Source: Blastocystis sp. Blastoise (taxonomy: Eukaryota; Protista; Bigyra: Opalinata). Taken from it: a DNA stretch of 64,000 bases. The first letter of the stretch is position 1. The number at the start of each line of letters is the position of its first letter. A model generated the notes under the pieces. It was not told where the DNA came from, did no database searches, and was given only the letters and a program-made list of their open reading frames with translations. The DNA is taken from the NCBI GenBank assembly GCA_039096225.1, contig JBBPEB010000013.1, forward strand, positions 434,001-498,000. The letters run 5' to 3'. The translations under genes and the position numbers were made by a program. Shown here one piece after another: positions 52,005 to 64,000 of this stretch.

Positions 52005-53650
52005 TTAAGCCTTAACTTTCTTGGCAGATTTGTTTTCATGATGATATCTCTTCTTAGAAACCTTTTCAGCAGATTTCTTTTCGGATTCAACAGTACTTTG
52101 AGCACCAGCAAGTTTATTAAGTTCAGCTTTTCTTTCATTAAGAACTTTTCTTAAACGATCATAAGCAAGAGCATTAACTTCATCCTATAAAAATTTATGA
52201 ATAAAAAATAAATAATAATAATAATAATAATAAAAAAAGAATTACATACAGGGTTAGCACAGTAAGTGATTCTATACCATCCAGGAACCTTAGATTTAAA
52301 GGATTGACCCTATATATGAAATATATAAGAATATTATAAAGAAAAAATTAAAAATAAAAAAAAGAAAAGAGAGAGACACAGAAAAAAAAAAAAACATTAA
52401 TAATAAACCACACATACAGGACAAATAATAACTTTAGCTTTTTCATAAATATAATGATATAATTCCATTTCACCTTCAAAAGTATTTTCTTTAAGATAAG
52501 AAGATAAATCAGTCCAAATAAAGAAACAAGCATTTCCCTTAGTATATTTAATATTCATAGAATCAAAGAATTTTTCAATTAATTCTCTTCCATGACGAAT
52601 ACCTTCTTGATGAAGAGGTAAATGAACTTTATGATATTCTTTATCTAATAATAAGTTAGTACATATAGATTGACAGATAGAAGGCATTTCAGAACAGATA
52701 TTAAGATATTGACAAGAAGATAAAATAACAGGATTCTGAGTAAATAAACAGGCAAAACGAAGACCAGATAAAGCAAAATCTTTAGATAAAGCCCAGATAA
52801 CATGAACATCATCTTTCTTCTTATCATCTTTAATGATATTAGCATAAGAAATATATCCTTCTTCTCCTTCTTTAAGAGGTTCAACACAAAGAGCATAGAC
52901 TTCATCAGATAAAATATGCATATTCTTGCTTCTACAGAAAGTTAAAAGTAATTCCATTTCTTTTCTAGTATAATAAGTACCCATAGGATTGGTAGGATTA
53001 GTGAAAACACATAATTTAGGTTGATGACCTTCATTAACAGCCTTTTCATATACTTGAGAAAGAGCTTCTTCAGTTATCTTATAATCTTGGAAGGTAGTAT
53101 CAACAGTATAAAGAACAGCTTCAGAACGAGTAGTAAGATATTTCTCAAAACAATTATAACAAGGAGAAATAACTATGAAGAAAAGAAAAATAATAATTAA
53201 TATAAATAAATAAATAAATATATATAAATAAAATAATAATTAATATAAATAAATATATATATATATATAAATAATTAAAATAGCATCACCAGGGTGACAA
53301 GTTAAAGAAGCAACATAATCCATATCAGTAGCAGAACCACAGGAGACAATAAGATTATCAGGATTAACGTCACATTTAAAAACGTTATCATGTAAGAATT
53401 CAGCTAAAGCTTGACGAAGATAAGGACGACCAGGAGCTTTACCATATCTTAAATCGTTAGGATGGAGGCTAAGATACTTAGGAAGTCTCTTTTCAAATTC
53501 AGCATAAGTGTAACAATCTTCAGCTAAAGCTAAACTGATAACACCATCGGGATCAGAACCATCATAAGGATTCATTTGATATTTACCTAATTCACCACAG
53601 AAGGTAGAAATAGGGATTTGAGTTCTTCTAGCTAAGTCAGTAAATTCCAT
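52005..53650 (-). CDS. PLP-dependent class I/II aminotransferase, ACC-synthase-like
   Basis: NPYD..DPDGVISLALAE, FTNPTNPMG, HILSDEVYA, VIWALSKDFALSGLRF (PLP Lys), FFIWTDLS, PGWYRITYCA. Confidence 0.9.
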
Positions 53651-53788
53651 TATGATTTAAGAAAATAAAACGACAAAACGTTTAAGGAGTAATAGTTAAT
53701 AAAATATTATCTAATTGTAATTCATTTTTTATTTTCCTGTAATCCATGAGTTTAGGAGAATTTATTATTCTAAAGTATACTGACTCTT

Positions 53789-53823
53789 ATTGGTTATTGG
53801 TTCTCTTTTCTATTGACCATTGG
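53789..53823 (-). promoter_or_regulatory. Cluster of three CCAAT boxes upstream of the aminotransferase
   Basis: ATTGG at 53789, 53796 and 53819 (CCAAT on the coding strand), about 140-170 bp upstream of the ATG. Confidence 0.3.
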
Positions 53824-54804
53824 TTCATTTATTCCTACTCTATATGCATCACTTTAATGGTTCTCAGAAACAGACAAATAATCGTTATTCTATTGCACAT
53901 AATGGACATTCAATTTAAAAAAATCATTTCTGTCGTTATGACCCCCTATTGTTCTAATACAAATTCTTTTTTTTAATACTGCGTATCCACTTTTACCCCG
54001 TGGTTATTTCCATTGAATGATTCTTCTAAGAAGGGAATCAGTTTCCATTTTCTTTTGGAGAAACTTCTCCTTAGTAGAAATGAATGGTAATATTGATATT
54101 GACGATTTTTCTGGAAAAGAAAGCAAAACTATTGGATGTTAACGTTTATGCATCATATAATTAGGAGCGTAGCATAATACGAAGAAATCTATTTGACCAT
54201 TCAATCTCAAATGTATCCTCTTTCTTTCGTTTTTTCTTCATTTCCTGTGGTTTTCTTTCATTTTTCTCCTTATTCTTATATTTTTCTGTATTTTTACATA
54301 TTATTTTAAAAATGAAACACAAATAAATTCTTTCATTTCATGCTCAAACAATTCCAGAACTTATTTATTCAGTTTTACTCACTCTTTTTACATGATATCG
54401 TATTGTGTTTTGTTGTATGTTATTGACTAGAATGGAGGTGTTTAAAAATATAGTTTAAGCTGCAATAAAAGAGAATAGTGATGTTATGGAATATGCTTGC
54501 TAGATTCGTCTCTTTTTGAGTAAGCAAATATATATGTGGAGCCTCAAGAAGGAAATGCCTTTGACATCATCTGCTTTTATCAAGAAATTATACAAAAATT
54601 ATTTTTATTTGTTGATGAAGAATGTTTAAAGAACTTGCTGTTAATAGCAAATGTATATTATATTTGAAATGCTTTAAAATATTGTTTTCAGAAACAAATT
54701 GAGTTGTATTCTTTATAAAAAAATAGCAAAAAAAAAAAAGGATGATGATCATAGATATAGAAGAGACAAAGTAAATAAGAAATAATTGAAAATCAATAAA
54801 ATTA

Positions 54805-55953
54805 TTATTTTCTACCTTTCTTTTTACTGATAACAGTTTTCTTTTCTGGAGTCTATGAAATGATATATAAAAAGAATATAAATATGTAATATATAAATAT
54901 GATATAAAAATATAATATATATATATATACTTTTTTCTTGGAAACAGTATTTGGATCTTTAGGAGTAATTGTAAAGAAAGAATCCATTCTTCTTTGAGTA
55001 GATTTATCTTTTGCTTTTTCTAATCTAGCTATTTGATTTTTAACTCTTTCTTCATTAAATCCTTTATCATTGACCAAATAATTAATAAGTCCTTCCTATT
55101 ATATATATAATTAAATAAAATAATGATTATATATAAATGAATAATAAGAATAATAAAGAATAAAAAATAAATATATATAATAAAAAGTGTTTCTAAAGTA
55201 TACTTTATTAATAGTTTTGAATTCGATCTTTATGTCTTCTCCTGGAGTTACATCAGGATTTGTGAATAATTTATGACTTTCTTTATATAACCAATTATCA
55301 GGTAACTATAAAGAAAGTATATTAATTATAATTCATTATATATATATAATGTTTATTATATATATATATGTTTATAATATATTATTATGTTCATAATATA
55401 TATATATTATGTTTATAATATATATTTATATTTATAATATATTATTATGTTCATAATATATATATTTAAATATATAATAATTACAGGATATTTTGTTTTA
55501 TCAATATGTTTAATAATTTCATCAATAGATTTATATTGTTGAATAAATTGAAGTGCTCTTACAGGACCAATTCCTCGAATACTATCACAATAATCACAAC
55601 CACATAATATACATAAATCAATAAACTATATAGATATATAAAATATAAATGATCTATATGTTTATTGAGTATTAAAGAATGAATATATATATATATACAG
55701 CATCTTGATCAATATTAAGATCACTTAATAATTGAGCATGATCGAATTCTAATATATCATTTTCTTTTCCTTCTGATTGGGTTAAATGACGTAATAACCG
55801 CGGAACTCCAAAGGTTAAACTATCCATATCTTCACTAGCCATAGCCCAAACTTTATCCTTTTTAACTAATTCTGCACATTGAGATTCAGCTTCTGAAGGA
55901 GATATAACAATAGGAATACCCATAAACTCTAATAATTTTATACAATCTTGCTA

Positions 55954-55990
<37 letters not shown>

Positions 55991-56629
55991 TATAAATAAT
56001 TATAAATAATAATAATAATATCTATATATATAATACTATATGATCTTGATTCATATGAACGGTTCTTTTGGATAATTTATCAATTTCTTCAGTATTTCCT
56101 ATATATATATATATATATAAATATATAAAATTATATTTAAAAAAAAACAAAATTTTTACCTTCTTCTTTTGCTTTCTCTAATTCAATTTCAGCTTTATCA
56201 CGATTTTCTTTACGTTTTTCTAACTATAACAAAAGCCAGTATAATAGTATATATTACTTATAATAAAAAAAATATACATGTATATCATAAATATAATAAC
56301 ATGAAATAAAATAATATAAAATATACTTCACCAGACTTCATTTCCGGAGGTTTACCATCAAAAACAAAAACAGGACGAATTCCATGTTCCATAAGTCGAA
56401 TAGTTCTAGTAAACATTCCTTGAATATGACTAGTTACTTCACCTTGAGCATTCATCAACATTGCATTGCCATATTGAGGACCATTACTACGAATAGCAAC
56501 TAAAAACTGATAAATAAGCATGGATGCATCTACAGCTACTGTTCTTCCTGTGTATTTACTCAAAACACATTGCTTAATACAATTCGGTGCAGAAGTAGTC
56601 AATAATTTTGTCAAACCCTTAATACCCAT
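54805..56629 (-). CDS. FEN1: Flap endonuclease 1
   Basis: [86 protein letters not shown] box QRRMDSFF. Confidence 0.97.
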
Positions 56630-57030
56630 CGTTATCTCGCTAAAAAAATGTATTCAAAGAAAAAATCAAATATTTTTTATGCACCAAAATTTGGCGGCAA
56701 TTCTTTTCTTTTTTTAAAACATTTTTTATTCTATTTATAGGCCAAGTCTCTGATAAATTAAAAAAAAAATATGGGTGATTATGAGAATAATTCCATTACG
56801 ATTAACGAAAAACATATATTTATATGATAAAACAAATGAATGAAACACTAAAGAAAAAAAGAAGAGAAAAAATGAAATCCAAATAATTTCACACAAAATA
56901 ATACACAAATGAACACTGAAATAGAGAATAATCAAAATAAGAAAAGAGAAAAAATATAAAATAGGAAACAAAAATGTTCTAATTAACTACGACATATCAT
57001 AAAAATAAATAATAATATAATAAAGGAAGA

Positions 57031-59793
57031 TTATTCAAATTCTATTCGACGAAATTGTTCATCAATATATATTTCCTCTAATTCCCATCCATTCTTTTGT
57101 AATGAGTCATAATAAACATCTATGTACTTACACATATCTATATATATATTATTAGAATGAATCAACGAGACTATACTAAGAATAAAAAAAGAATAAAATA
57201 TACCTGTATAAGACTCATTATACATTTGAGAATAGAATTCTTTAGTTACTGATTGTTTCTTATTTAGTAAACGACATTCTATATTTTATAGATAGTTGTA
57301 ATTATAATAAAAAAAAAAATACTTAAAAAATAACTATGAAGGAAGGATTTCAATTCATCTTTTGGTGTGAATAATTATTAAGAAATAATAAAATAATAAT
57401 AATTAAAAAAACATAATTTATTAAGATGAAATAAATATAAGCATCATTATAAAGGATATTTTGCTTGTATATCTATAAAAACATCAATCTCTTTTTGTCT
57501 ACAACTATATTATATTGAGAGTTTTATAGTTAATATGAACACACAAAATATTATATATAAGGATATATATTAATAATTAAATAAAAATATATATTAAAAA
57601 AGTAAATATAAATATATATATACATAATGAAATAATATTCTCCTTTCATTTTCATTTCATCATAGATTTCATTTAAAGTTTGTTTAAATATACAGTCATA
57701 AGAATTATATACTTGACTAATCTTTCGATCATATCTTAATGGTATATCCATATTCATATGAAGGATATCCTTAGGATAAGTATATATTAAAGAATTCTAA
57801 ATATTATAGGATATGGTAATATATAATATATAATATATAATATATAATATATAATATTATATGTAAATTTAATAAATTAAACAAAAATAAATAAATATAT
57901 AAAAGGATATATAGATGCTACTTCTCTCGGAGATAATACTGGGATATACATATCATCATCTTTCACTATACATATATATATATATAAATTAATATTTATT
58001 AGAATAACATAATTTATAGATTATTAGAAGAAAAGGAGAGACTAAAGCATACATTGATGGTTAATATATTGAGTATAAAGTGGTTGAATTGGTTGTGAAG
58101 CATAGAGTGCTCGATATATATTCAGAGAAGAGAGAGGAAGATGCTGTACAGAACGATATGTACTATATATATTGAGAGCACAACAAACAAGGAATGTATT
58201 CCAGACTATAGAGATAATAATAGATATATATATATATATTTATAAATTTTGGTAGTTGATATATCAACTATAGTCATGTATTCATATACTTGTGATATAT
58301 ATATATATCTAGATTAAGAAATATCAAGATATACATATTGAAAAAAAATAAAAAATATTTTATAATTCTTTATAAAGTCAAAACAATAATATATATATAC
58401 TCCAAAAGTTATTGTTATTAATAAGAAGTGATATTCCAATTCCTAAGAATGTTCCAAAAAGAGAAGCGGCGATAGCTTGGCTTCCAGCTTTGGCGGTAAG
58501 ATCCCCTAATGGTAGATGTGGTGGCGGGCACAGTGAACGTAGTAAAGAAGATCGTGATGCTGAAGCAGCAATACATGATATATTCTTACCTATATATATG
58601 TATATGTATAATAATTATCAAATTTAAAAGAAGAACTGTAAAAAATACAAAAACAAAATTCAAAATAATCAATAATAATGAAACTACATATATAGGATAA
58701 TAATAAGAAATACCAATATTAGCAATGGCACCTAGAGCAACAAACATGCCTGGAAAATAAGGAGTAAGAAGTTCCAGTAACGATGATAGACATAGAACAA
58801 TATCTATATAATATATATTATAATATATAATATATATAATATAATATATAGAATAAAATATAGAATAATATAAAAAAACATCTTTTTAATAAAAACAAAA
58901 CAAAAGATAAAAATAAAAAATATTAAGAAAGGGACTATATATATACTACTAAAGATATTCCATTTTTGTGGGTCTCCATCCATTCGTCGACTGATAAGAC
59001 TATAATAAATTAAATACAACAATATATATATATATATATAGAAAGAGTGACATACCCTGCAAATAATAATCCACCTAATTGACCTATACCATCTTTTAAA
59101 ATCTATATATATATATATATATATATATATTATGATTGCTATTAATAGTATACTTTTCTTATAAATAAATAATTGAAATGAATATTGAATAATGTAGTAG
59201 ATATATACCCAATTCAGTGCTGCTGATGCATATACAGCTCCAGACCCGAGACCTAGAGCATAAAGAAGAGATTGAGTAGTTATGACTCCTTTAAGACTTC
59301 CTAAGAAAACTGAAGTATTCGACCATAATGTGAATGACAGATAACTATAGAAATATATGTTATAGATAATAATTATATAAGTCAGTAGATATCGTATTGA
59401 TCACTAATAAACATACCTTTTATCAACAGATTGAGGATAATTGACAGGAAGAATATATAAAAAAAGAGTTTGAGTCATTTCTTTCCAATAAGATTTCTTT
59501 AAAGAAAAGGTTTAGATTATTTAAATAGAATATTAAAAGATACTCCAGAGACTTGATGAGCTGATATCTTCTTTAATGTGTTATTGACAACAGAAAAACG
59601 CTGCTTATGATTGAATCCTACATGGTGTTGAGTAACCTTCTGAATCGGACTAGAAAAAGATAGGAAAAATAACGAATCATCTAATGTACCTCGTCTTTTT
59701 GGATTTTGCAAACGATCTTACGAATAAAGAAGTACTGATTTTCAGTTGCTGCACAATATTAGTATTAACTTGACGATTCAACGAAGCTAACAT
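57031..59793 (-). CDS. RUS1/DUF647 (C16orf58-like) membrane protein with a putative mitochondrial-type presequence
   Basis: LPVNYPQSV..SYL, SLLYALGLG, W|ILKDGIGQLGGLLFA, DGDPQKW, LGDLTAKAGSQ. Two upstream exons (from ATG 59793) splice in frame: MLASLNRQV...LFVRSFAK. Confidence 0.85.
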
Positions 59794-60281
59794 GTCAAGT
59801 ATTTTACTTTAATAACGTATTTAATTCACTATATTATCCTCTGACTTCTTTACACTAGCAAGAATAATTTATATATGTTCTTTTATATAAAAAGGATTGT
59901 TGTTCTTGTTGCCAAATAAAAAAGTGGGAAAAAGAGACAGAGTTAACAGATGTTAAGATTAAGTCGCCAAAATAAGCATATCTCCGTGATTAGCATCGGT
60001 TATCTAGGCTATTGAATATACCAATAGAATCATTTCAAATTAATTATTGTTCTATTATTGAAAAACAGAAAAAATGATATTTTTTTAGCGGCATATGAGT
60101 AAAATGATATATACATATATAAAAAGTATATTTCTGTGATATACATAAACAAGAAAATACAAAGTAATATGAAAAACTGAAAAAAAGAAGAAGAATGTGA
60201 AATAGATGACACTAATTAATAAGAAGACACGTTGATTATATTCAACCAATAATTATATATATTCACATAATATAGAGTAGT

Positions 60282-64000
<3,719 letters not shown>

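Noticed and set aside
56690-56700. E2F-like TTTGGCGG about 60 bp upstream of FEN1
   Set aside because: Single imperfect site; similar strings occur inside exons, and none was seen before MCM5.

Overview
Very AT-rich (by eye about 20-25% GC), intron-rich eukaryotic nuclear DNA, most consistent with a Blastocystis-like anaerobic stramenopile. That assignment is an inference from the F5/8 + He_PIG surface protein, the short introns and a complex I subunit. Left to right: a 2328-aa multidomain type-I surface protein (1237-8323, -); a ~16 kb transposon-associated island (9.7-25.9 kb) holding hAT-like ends, two tRNA-like relics, a frameshifted internal fragment of UTP20, degraded sequence and a Buster-type hAT transposase with unusual insertions; then a gene-dense block (CaaX protein, DusA-type synthase, N-acylated kinase, two divergent CHMP6/Vps20-like paralogs, MCM5, cold-shock protein, RAD5-like helicase, NDUFA12, ACC-synthase-like aminotransferase, FEN1, RUS1/DUF647, and a partial FN3-ankyrin-SAM gene). 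Most striking: introns that are essentially pure (AT)n microsatellites, including GT(AT)28AG and an apparent (AT)22AG intron with no GT; a GC-rich palindrome (TCCCGCGGGA-like) written into the exons of these same genes in different reading frames using rare codons; and a candidate cargo-carrying giant hAT element. All gene models were spliced by eye with no RNA evidence.
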